Notes under the pieces: model-generated | The model's database searches: none | The model's input: the letters and a program-made list of their open reading frames with translations, nothing else | What the model was told of the DNA's origin: nothing | Shown here: one piece after another, positions 51,422-59,538 of the stretch | Layout: every line of letters begins with the position of its first letter | Numbering within the stretch: the first letter of the stretch is position 1 | From: SAR86 cluster bacterium AG-390-O18 | Lineage (GTDB): Bacteria; Pseudomonadota; Gammaproteobacteria; Magnimaribacterales; AG-339-G14 | Direction of reading: 5' to 3' | Length of the DNA stretch: 64,000 nt | NCBI GenBank assembly: GCA_003279605.1 | Contig: QCHF01000001.1 | Coordinates: 474,075 to 538,074 of the forward strand | Translations under genes and position numbers: made by a program

Positions 51422-51982
51422 TTAGTCTAAAAGTTTTTCCGAAGCTATGTTATTTAATTCTTCTTCAAAAACTAAGTCCTTTGCAGAATTAAGTCTATCC
51501 ACGTATAAAAAACCAAATAAATGGTCAAGTTCATGTTGAAATACAGTTGCTAAAAAATCTTCAACTATTACTTCTTTTTCATCGGCATTTTCATTTAAAT
51601 ACTTAATTCTAAGCTTTCTAGGCCTTTCAACATACCCTCTTAAGCCAGGAACACTTAAACAGCCTTCCCAGAAGCCTTGTTTTTGTTCGTCAATTACTTC
51701 TAATTTTGGATTAAATACTACAAATTCCTCAGAATTTTCTAAATTATCGTATCTATCTGAATCACTTTCCAATTTTATGACCGCCAATTGGATAGATATT
51801 CCTATTTGTGGAGCAGCCAAGCCAATTCCGCCTGCTTTTTTCATAACATTCCACATTTTAGGAATTAATTCCTGTATTTCTGAAGATAAAATTTCTTCCT
51901 TGCTTAGTTCTTTAGCTGTCAGCCTTAAAATAGGATTACCTAATTTTAAAATTTCGAAGTCATTTTCAGAGATTTTTGTCAT
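51422..51982 (-). CDS. def: Peptide deformylase
   Basis: 186 aa. GIGLAAPQIG, EGCLSVPG and HELDHL motifs. Confidence 0.93.
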   Translation of the reverse strand: MTKISENDFEILKLGNPILRLTAKELSKEEILSSEIQELIPKMWNVMKKAGGIGLAAPQIGISIQLAVIKLESDSDRYDNLENSEEFVVFNPKLEVIDEQKQGFWEGCLSVPGLRGYVERPRKLRIKYLNENADEKEVIVEDFLATVFQHELDHLFGFLYVDRLNSAKDLVFEEELNNIASEKLLD

Positions 51983-52024
51983 AAAAATACCTAATTTTAT
52001 TGTTAAATTTAGCTTTCACTAAAA

Positions 52025-52053
52025 TTGACTTAAGTTTTTAAAGGTCTTAAACT
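52025..52053 (+). promoter_or_regulatory. Putative sigma70-type promoter (TTGACT, 17 bp, TAAACT) for the lipoprotein gene
   Basis: -35 at 52025..52030 and -10 at 52048..52053. AGGAG SD at 52083..52087, 8 nt before ATG 52096. Confidence 0.35.
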
Positions 52054-52095
52054 TGCCGTCGTAAAGGCATATTAAGTGTCTTAGGAGAATTATCA

Positions 52096-52587
52096 ATGAT
52101 TTTAAATAATTTAAAGAACTTATTTGTTCAATTTTCAAAACTAATAGCTTCAGTAGCTTTATTAGTTTTAGTTGGTTGTTCAAGCACTCCTTTTATGCAG
52201 AATAATATTGTTGCAACAAAATATCTTTTGGATAATTTTGTAGAAGATGCTGGTGGAAAAGGACAAACAAATGCTGAAACTTATCATTGGGAAGTAGATG
52301 CTACAGCTTTAGGTTGTGCCGAACTTCAGGCTGAAAGAATCAGGCATTCTGCTTTAATTGATGGTGTTGCTGAAAAAGTAATTGAAAATTCGTCTAGATC
52401 TACTAGTTATGCATTATATGGTCTTGAGATGCATGATCCTTCTGCTGGCACAAGTTTCATTGGTGTTAAATCTACAGGCTTAAACCCTGAAGTTGCGGAG
52501 TATAGAAAATTAAAATTAGCTGTAGAAAAGTTAAAATCCGCTTCAATTGATAAATGTACTTCTGCTGAAGTAATGAGAACTCCCTAA
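52096..52587 (+). CDS. Hypothetical lipoprotein
   Basis: 163 aa with lipobox LVLVGCSS. I recognise no family. Monocistronic with its own promoter-like and SD sequences. Confidence 0.55.
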   Translation: MILNNLKNLFVQFSKLIASVALLVLVGCSSTPFMQNNIVATKYLLDNFVEDAGGKGQTNAETYHWEVDATALGCAELQAERIRHSALIDGVAEKVIENSSRSTSYALYGLEMHDPSAGTSFIGVKSTGLNPEVAEYRKLKLAVEKLKSASIDKCTSAEVMRTP

Positions 52588-52601
52588 TTAAGGGAAAAAA
52601 T

Positions 52602-54116
52602 TTAACCAGTTTCCAAAGCTTTTAAAATTATCGATCTAGTTTCTGCTGGGTCGATAACTGCATCAATTTCTAATTGAGTGGCAGCCTCTAAAGCCTTTCC
52701 AGCGTCATACATTTTTTGAACGAGTTTATTAAATAATTCTTCTCTTTCCTTTTCGTCTTCAATAGCCTCAAGCTCTTTCTTGTAGCCTAGTTTTACTGCC
52801 CCTTCTAAGCCCATTCCGCCAAATTCTCCTGTAGGCCAAGAAGCGGTGAAAATAGGTATATAAAAGCTTCCTCCAACCATAGCCATTGCGCCCAAACCGT
52901 ATCCTTTTCTTAAAAAGATTGCCACTAAAGGAACTGAGATATTTGCTCCAGCATTGAAGAGACTCCCCATTTTCCTCACTGCCCCTTCTCTTTCGCTATC
53001 AACACCGACCATAAAGCCAGGAGTATCTGCAAGAGAAACTATTGGAAGATTATGTTCGTTACAAATTGAAATAAACTGTCCAGCTTTTTCAGCTGAAGTT
53101 GCATCCACAGCTCCACCCAAATGCTGACAATCGTTTGCAATAAGAGCTACTGGCTTACCTTCTAATCTTATAAACCCAGTAATTACACTTCGACCATAAA
53201 TTTTTCTTACTTCTAAAAAAGAATCTTTGTCGGCAATGGTTTCAATAATATCTCTAACAGAGTAAGCCATTCTTCTATTTTCTGGAATGAGGTTTCTTAA
53301 AATAGACTGATCCTTAGTTTCCCAATTTTTTAGATTTCCCTGAAAATAAGAAAGTAATTTCTTCGCGAAGCTTGTTGCGTCTGCTTCGTCTTCTGCAAGA
53401 TAGTCGATAACACCTAATTTTTCTTGTTCTTCAGCAGGTCCAATATCTTTTGGATTGACTTTGCCAAGCCCTCCACCTTCTATCATTGCAGGGCCTGCCA
53501 TTCCCAACCAAGAGTTTTTTGTAGATATGCAAAAATCAGCAGTTCCGAATAACGCAGCATTACCAGCGAAGCAATATCCATTATTGACGGCAATTCTTAA
53601 GCTTTTCCCTTTTAATTTAGCCCAATTACTAAAGGAAGGAATCTGTAATCCTGCGAATTGAACATGCACGTCAGTATCTCCTGGTCTGCCTCCGCCTCCT
53701 TCTGTATACATTACGACAGGTAAGTTTTGTTTTTCAGCCGTCTCACAAATCCTATCTAATTTTTTGTGATGATAATAACCTTGAGTTCCTGCCAAGACTG
53801 AATAGTCATTGATGATTATTGCAGAGAGAGCCTTCTTATCATCTAGGATTTCACCATTTATTTTTCCAAATCCAGTAATTATCCCGTCAGCAGCGGTTTC
53901 CGTTCTCAACTCCTCAAGTTCCCTTCTGCTTTTTTGCGCTGCAATAGCGAGCTGACCATATTCTACGAAGGAATCCTTATCCGCTAAATCATCAAGATTT
54001 TCTCTAGCTGTTCTGTACCCTTTTTCGTATCTCTTCTGTTTAGCAACTCCCCTTTCTTCATCTAGAGTTTTAGATAATCTATTGTGAAGTTCTATGAGCT
54101 CTGACCTATCTGACAT
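52602..54116 (-). CDS. Acyl-CoA carboxylase carboxyltransferase (beta) subunit family protein
   Basis: 504 aa. Two-domain crotonase-like CT fold with motifs TEGGGGRPGD and LADTPGFMVG. Confidence 0.8.
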   Translation of the reverse strand: MSDRSELIELHNRLSKTLDEERGVAKQKRYEKGYRTARENLDDLADKDSFVEYGQLAIAAQKSRRELEELRTETAADGIITGFGKINGEILDDKKALSAIIINDYSVLAGTQGYYHHKKLDRICETAEKQNLPVVMYTEGGGGRPGDTDVHVQFAGLQIPSFSNWAKLKGKSLRIAVNNGYCFAGNAALFGTADFCISTKNSWLGMAGPAMIEGGGLGKVNPKDIGPAEEQEKLGVIDYLAEDEADATSFAKKLLSYFQGNLKNWETKDQSILRNLIPENRRMAYSVRDIIETIADKDSFLEVRKIYGRSVITGFIRLEGKPVALIANDCQHLGGAVDATSAEKAGQFISICNEHNLPIVSLADTPGFMVGVDSEREGAVRKMGSLFNAGANISVPLVAIFLRKGYGLGAMAMVGGSFYIPIFTASWPTGEFGGMGLEGAVKLGYKKELEAIEDEKEREELFNKLVQKMYDAGKALEAATQLEIDAVIDPAETRSIILKALETG

Positions 54117-55658
54117 TTAAGATATCGCTGGGGCTGATTTTCCAAGTTTTTGTTCTCTCAAGGTCCTTTTCAAAACTTTTCCTGTAGCGTTTCTAGGTAA
54201 AGCTTCGATAAACTCCACGCTTTTTGGTATTTTGAATTTTGCTAAGTTTTTAAGACAATGATTAATGATATCTTCACTAGATAAATTTTCACTAGACTTC
54301 AGAACTATAAAAGCAAGGCCCACTTCTCCCCACTTATCATCAGGTATACCTATTATTGCAGCTTCAGCAATCTCAGGTAATTGATAAAGCACATTTTCTA
54401 CTTCAGCTGGATACACATTTTCACCTCCAGAAATGTACATATCCTTCTGACGATCGACAATATAAATAAAACCTTCATCATCCATTTGTGCAGCATCACC
54501 TGTCTTTAACCAACCATCTACAAAAGATTTTTTAGTAGCCTCATCATTATTCCAATATCCCGGCGTAATATTTGGGCCTTTTATAAGTATTTCTCCTACT
54601 TCACCTTGATTTACTTTATTTCCTTTTTCATCGACTATTTTTACCTCTGTATGTAACAAAGGTTTTCCCGCAGAACCAATTTTTCTTGCAGCATCATCTC
54701 CGGATAATCCAATTCCACCAGGGCTAGTTTCTGTCATTCCCCAACCCTGCCATAGCTCTACTCCCTTGTTTTGCCAGGTCTCTATGATGATTTCAGCGCA
54801 TGGTGCTCCTCCTACGCCAGCTCCTTCTATTCTTGAAAAATCTGTAGTGGAAAAATTTGGATGTTGCATCATAAACTGAAAAGGCGCGGGCACAGCAAAA
54901 AAATGTGTTATTCCAAAATCAGGATTATTAATTATTTCTAGGGCTTTTCCTGGATCGAACTCTTTCATGAGGACAATTTGTCCACCATTATGCAAAATTG
55001 GGTTTGCATAACAGTTCATGCCGCCTGTGTGAAATAACGGTAAAACAACAAGCTGAATTGTTTTGTCAGTAATTCTTGCTGTTGCTCCTAAATTTACAGT
55101 ATTGAAAAATTGCATTTGATGATTAATCATTGCACCTTTTGGGTGACCAGTCGTTCCAGAGGTATACATCAACATAATTAAGTCATCATGGTTAGTCTCT
55201 ACGGTTTCAAAATCATTATTTTCTAAAATAGCCGTTTCATATTCACTGCCATAATTATTCTCTTCAATCATTAAAGAATTTTTTATTTCACAATCTCTTA
55301 TTAACTCTTGAGCAATAGCTTTAAACTCAATAGTGTAAATCAAGCACATTGGCTTGCTATCATTGAGAATATATTCAAGCTCAGGCTTGGTTAGCCTCCA
55401 GTTGAGGGGTAATTCGACACCGCCAATTTTTCCACAAGCAAATTCAAGTTCAAAAACTTCTGCACAGTTATGAGCTAAGATTGCAACTCGATCTCCCTTT
55501 TTCAAACCTTTTTTTTGCAACCATCCCGCTAATGATTTAGATCTTTGATTCAATTCATAATAAGAGGTTTCTCGACCATTTGAAATCTCTTTGATAGCAA
55601 TTTTTTTGGGCCTGAAGTTAGATTGATACTCTACCCAGTCATAATATTTTACAGTCAT
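54117..55658 (-). CDS. AMP-dependent acyl-CoA synthetase/ligase
   Basis: 513 aa. AMP-binding motif MYTSGTTGHPKG, plus GWLKTGD and a C-terminal GKVLK. Confidence 0.85.
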   Translation of the reverse strand: MTVKYYDWVEYQSNFRPKKIAIKEISNGRETSYYELNQRSKSLAGWLQKKGLKKGDRVAILAHNCAEVFELEFACGKIGGVELPLNWRLTKPELEYILNDSKPMCLIYTIEFKAIAQELIRDCEIKNSLMIEENNYGSEYETAILENNDFETVETNHDDLIMLMYTSGTTGHPKGAMINHQMQFFNTVNLGATARITDKTIQLVVLPLFHTGGMNCYANPILHNGGQIVLMKEFDPGKALEIINNPDFGITHFFAVPAPFQFMMQHPNFSTTDFSRIEGAGVGGAPCAEIIIETWQNKGVELWQGWGMTETSPGGIGLSGDDAARKIGSAGKPLLHTEVKIVDEKGNKVNQGEVGEILIKGPNITPGYWNNDEATKKSFVDGWLKTGDAAQMDDEGFIYIVDRQKDMYISGGENVYPAEVENVLYQLPEIAEAAIIGIPDDKWGEVGLAFIVLKSSENLSSEDIINHCLKNLAKFKIPKSVEFIEALPRNATGKVLKRTLREQKLGKSAPAIS

Positions 55659-55837
55659 TGTTTATCTACATTTATAAAAAATCAGTGGCTTAACTATGCT
55701 TCAAATAAATTGAGGATGCAATAATTTGAAGGTGAATTAATTTGTAATAAAAAAAATTTTTTTAATAATTTTTATATAAAGGTATAAGTAAAAATTACAA
55801 ATTTATTGTCTATTATAAAAGTCCCCTAAGAGATGAA

Positions 55838-55945
55838 ATGATTAGTCAATATTTAAAATCAGTTTGGAATTTTTGTAGAGAATACCCTTTTTATGCAGTT
55901 GCCTTTTTCTATGGTGGCTACTTAATAGGTGTTGTCTACTTTTAG
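55838..55945 (+). CDS. Possible small ORF (35 aa), aromatic-rich and predicted single-TM
   Basis: My own translation: MISQYLKSVWNFCREYPFYAVAFFYGGYLIGVVYF*. It is below the length of any ORF in the track. Purine-rich AAGAGA lies upstream. Support comes from the sequence only. Confidence 0.2.
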   Translation: MISQYLKSVWNFCREYPFYAVAFFYGGYLIGVVYF

Positions 55946-56839
55946 TTATTTTGTAGATTTTTGAACCAGTTCTTTAGAATCTGGAATTTCAGAGTACTCG
56001 TCAAAAGCTCTATCTTTGAACATGTTATCTGGAGAAACAGACTCATATTCTGCATTTTTATCTAACGGATCAGAATAAAAACCCAGTACGTAACCTCCCT
56101 TCGAATATCCTATTAAAGATCTTATTTCAGGAGAAATGTCCTTTGCAATCTCAGGAGGACACGATAAGTATTGATTTTCTTCTTGGCGTAGCCAATTAAG
56201 AGCATAATGAAGAAAGACTCCGGTACGAATATCATTTTTTGAAATATTTTCTCCTCCGCCATGCAATATAGTTCCAGTATAAAGAAGTACTGACCCGGCT
56301 TTCATTTCAGCATAAGCTATTTCATCATCATTAGGAATTCGGTCTTTTTCCCAGAGATGAGATCCAGGAACAACCTGCGTAGCTCCATTTTCCTTTGTAA
56401 AGTCTGTTACTGCCCAAATGGTACTCATGAGTGGTTCAACTTTTCTAGGTAAATAACCACCCCAAATTCCTCTATCTCTATGGAGAATTTGTTTACTTTC
56501 TCCTGGACCAATACTTACTGCAGAAGTGAAATGCAGTTGATAGCCATCGCAGTAAGGAGATAAATACTTTCCGGAAACTTCATTGATTAAAGGATTTAAT
56601 GCTAATTCTCTACAGGCTTCAGATCTTGCAATTAATGCCCCAACTCTTTTAGTTTTGAACCCAGTAAACTCATCTCTACCAAAAACATCATTTTTTAGAT
56701 ACGGCTTAAGATCTTGATTGATTCTAGAAATATCATCTGAGTGCAAGAGGTTATCAATTATCACTCCAGCATCCTTGTTTAGAACATCAATTATTTCTTC
56801 CGAAGAAGCCGAATTTGAGAGGTGAACTAAATCAGCCAT
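55946..56839 (-). CDS. Phytanoyl-CoA dioxygenase (PhyH) family Fe(II)/2-oxoglutarate oxygenase
   Basis: 297 aa. QILHRDRG (HxD) and a distal LHGGGEN His. Typical PhyH-family layout. Confidence 0.65.
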   Translation of the reverse strand: MADLVHLSNSASSEEIIDVLNKDAGVIIDNLLHSDDISRINQDLKPYLKNDVFGRDEFTGFKTKRVGALIARSEACRELALNPLINEVSGKYLSPYCDGYQLHFTSAVSIGPGESKQILHRDRGIWGGYLPRKVEPLMSTIWAVTDFTKENGATQVVPGSHLWEKDRIPNDDEIAYAEMKAGSVLLYTGTILHGGGENISKNDIRTGVFLHYALNWLRQEENQYLSCPPEIAKDISPEIRSLIGYSKGGYVLGFYSDPLDKNAEYESVSPDNMFKDRAFDEYSEIPDSKELVQKSTK

Positions 56840-56869
56840 CCAAGAAATATACTATTAAAAGCGAAAAAC

Positions 56870-57913
56870 TTAAAAAGATTTTTGAAAGCCAAATACTATT
56901 TTGGTTTTGTCTTTCATCTGGAGACCGTTTTTTTCATTGATTACTGGGTTAATAATCTCCAAGGCAAGTCTATCTTCAGATCCGGGAAAGATTTGGGTAA
57001 GGAAATTAAAACCCAAACCTACTTCAGCTGTAAAACCGCCATAATTTGATATTATGGAGGTCTGAACTGGAGCTTTGATGTTGGAATCAAAACCTGAAAT
57101 ATCTTGCTGATGATTGAGTCTCAATCTCGATGAAATAGAAAAATTTCTGTTAACTGAATATTGATACCAAGAATCAAAATAAGTCTTGTCACCATAATGC
57201 CATTCCTTAGATGAAATATTTCTAAAGAACCTGATTTGATTTCCAAAGGTATGTTCATCAGATAATGTATAAAGGTTGGTAAAGCCAACAATCAAAGAAA
57301 TAGATTCATCTCCTGATTGCATACCATAAGGCAAAACCATTTCCATATTGGTATTCATGGGAGTAAGTACTTTGCCTTTTTCTTTCTTATTTCCAACAGA
57401 AAATTTTAAGCCAATTTCCGTATGCCACCTGCTTTTATCTTGCTCGTTAATGTTTACCAATGCAGAAAAAGATAGATCAGAAAAATCTGAAGAAGACGAA
57501 TTAAATGAGCCAATATTATTTCTCATCATTGCATGATAACTATTTAAATTCATGGATTTATCCATAAACATTGTCATGAACATCAAAGTGACATCATCCG
57601 TAGGAGCATACATGCCTCCAAGCATTAACATTTTCATGCTCATTTCGATTGGAACAACACTAAGTTTTGATGGTGAGTTTGAATGTGGGTTGTCTATAAC
57701 TAAAATTTCGCTATCTGAGATTGAGTTTCCATCTAAAGAATTACCTTTCATTTTCATGTGAGAAACTCTCAAAGAAATCATAGACTCGCCTTTTTTGTGC
57801 ATATGATCAGCCATAACTCCAATAGGTGCGTGACCAATTGCTTGAGAACCAAATACCGAAATCGAGAAAACTAAATGAAAAATTATTTGAATGAAGCGCA
57901 TGAATTTGCGCAT
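56870..57913 (-). CDS. Outer-membrane beta-barrel protein with Met/His-rich segments
   Basis: 347 aa. Signal peptide ending GSQAIG|HAP. HAPIGVMADHMHKKGESM, and MSMKMLMLGGMY...LMFMTMFMDKSM. Alternating-residue strands and a C-terminal ...GFQKSF with terminal Phe. Confidence 0.55.
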   Translation of the reverse strand: MRKFMRFIQIIFHLVFSISVFGSQAIGHAPIGVMADHMHKKGESMISLRVSHMKMKGNSLDGNSISDSEILVIDNPHSNSPSKLSVVPIEMSMKMLMLGGMYAPTDDVTLMFMTMFMDKSMNLNSYHAMMRNNIGSFNSSSSDFSDLSFSALVNINEQDKSRWHTEIGLKFSVGNKKEKGKVLTPMNTNMEMVLPYGMQSGDESISLIVGFTNLYTLSDEHTFGNQIRFFRNISSKEWHYGDKTYFDSWYQYSVNRNFSISSRLRLNHQQDISGFDSNIKAPVQTSIISNYGGFTAEVGLGFNFLTQIFPGSEDRLALEIINPVINEKNGLQMKDKTKIVFGFQKSF

Positions 57914-57929
57914 TGTATCTTATAAAAAA

Positions 57930-58676
57930 CTATTTAATAAGGAAGTTTACTCCGCCTATATGAATTAAATCATTCTTCATCAGACCAAGTTCTTTTGCTT
58001 TTTCATAAACTATTTCTTTATTTTTTACTGACAACTCAAAAGCATTAATTCCCTCACCTCTCTGATCAAGATCATCAACAAACTTTATTCTGGAGTCTGA
58101 GAAATTAATTTGAAGATTTTCATCTGCTTTAACCCCAAAAGCTTTTTCCCATTTTCTACAAAGAACGGATTTATCATCGGATTGCATCACAACACCGCAC
58201 AATCTCTCCGCATTATCATTTTTTGAGACACACTTCTCCCAATCAAGACCTGCCCAAAGCCAAGCTGACTCAGGTTCCATTTTATCTATTGAAACTATTG
58301 CTCCACCAATATGTTTAGGATGCAAGTGAATGGTTTTTCCAGTTACGTGGCCTTCGCTTCTCTCAGCTTCATAAACAATTCCAATATTTTCATTGGTTAC
58401 TCGCTCTTTTTCTTTGGCAACGTCATCGCAATCTACAATTACCATGTAACCACCATTTCCACCTCTGCGATTAAGAAATCTTTCTGCAGTAGTGTTTTCT
58501 TTAACAGGAGTGACAATCTCTATAAAAGTATCTCCTAAAGGAATTAATGAATTTATTAAGCCAAAGTGGATAAGGCCAGCATCATGGAAGGCTACTTTCA
58601 AATCAAATACATCACAAATTTGATTTGCAATTGCATCTCTTTCTTCAGCAACAATAACTAACTGTCTTAATCTCAT
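57930..58676 (-). CDS. VOC (glyoxalase-like domain) family protein
   Basis: 248 aa. The N-terminal glyoxalase-like domain pattern (LRQLVIVAEERD...IEIVTP) is recognised only at family level. Confidence 0.5.
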   Translation of the reverse strand: MRLRQLVIVAEERDAIANQICDVFDLKVAFHDAGLIHFGLINSLIPLGDTFIEIVTPVKENTTAERFLNRRGGNGGYMVIVDCDDVAKEKERVTNENIGIVYEAERSEGHVTGKTIHLHPKHIGGAIVSIDKMEPESAWLWAGLDWEKCVSKNDNAERLCGVVMQSDDKSVLCRKWEKAFGVKADENLQINFSDSRIKFVDDLDQRGEGINAFELSVKNKEIVYEKAKELGLMKNDLIHIGGVNFLIK

Positions 58677-58722
58677 AATATTTGTAAAATAATACTTTAA
58701 GGATAAATAAAAGGAGAGAAAA

Positions 58723-59538
58723 ATGAAAGAAATAGATATGGGAACAAATCACCTAAAAGCTCTGAAAGGAGATGGTTTAGGAAAAATTATTATGAACAGG
58801 CCTGAAGCTAGAAATGCTATGTCAGATGAAATGAACGCTGCGATGATGGCAACCTTGGAAGACTTTGAAAATGATTCTGAAGTAAGAGCAGTCATTCTTA
58901 CTGGCTCTGAAGGTGCTTTTTGTGCTGGTGGAGATGTAAAAGGTATGGCCAACAAAAAGGATGATCCTAAACGCACAATCGATATAGCTATCCATGAGCA
59001 AAGGATTCACCAAAGAGGTACCTCGGGTAAATTATTCAAAATGCCTAAACCAACAATTGCCGCAGTGAACGGACCCGCAGCCGGAGCAGGAATGTCTTAT
59101 GCTCTTTCTTGTGACCTTAGAATAATGTCCGATAGTGCTTTTTTTACTACTGCTTTTGCAAAAGTAGGCTTTTCTGGTGACTATGGAGGATCTTACTTTA
59201 TGACTCAGTTAGTAGGTTTATCAAAGGCAAAAGAACTTTATTTTTTATCAGACAAAATTCCTGCTGAAGAAGCTCTAAAACTTGGTCTTACTAATTGGGT
59301 TGTAAAACACGAAGAGCTTGAGCAGAAAACTCTAGAAATAGCCAAACAACTTGCTGAAGGTCCAGCAGTTGCTTTTCGATATATGAAAGAAAATCTAAAC
59401 AGAGCCGTAAGTGGAGAAGTAGATGATTGTCTTGATCTAGAGGTCACGCATCATGTTCACTGTGGCCAAACAGAAGATCACAAAAATGCTACAAAAGCTT
59501 TCGTTGAAAAAAAACAACCAGTGTTTAAAGGTCGATAA
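58723..59538 (+). CDS. Enoyl-CoA hydratase/isomerase (crotonase) family protein
   Basis: 271 aa. Oxyanion-hole segments FCAGGDV and NGPAAGAG. Strong SD AAGGAGAG. Confidence 0.85.
   Translation: MKEIDMGTNHLKALKGDGLGKIIMNRPEARNAMSDEMNAAMMATLEDFENDSEVRAVILTGSEGAFCAGGDVKGMANKKDDPKRTIDIAIHEQRIHQRGTSGKLFKMPKPTIAAVNGPAAGAGMSYALSCDLRIMSDSAFFTTAFAKVGFSGDYGGSYFMTQLVGLSKAKELYFLSDKIPAEEALKLGLTNWVVKHEELEQKTLEIAKQLAEGPAVAFRYMKENLNRAVSGEVDDCLDLEVTHHVHCGQTEDHKNATKAFVEKKQPVFKGR

Noticed and set aside
52581-52595. Hairpin TCCCT-AATTA-AGGGA between convergent genes as a bidirectional terminator
   Set aside because: The stem is only 5 bp, and no U-run follows on either strand (A5T3 on plus, GTTCTC on minus). 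That is too weak to call.
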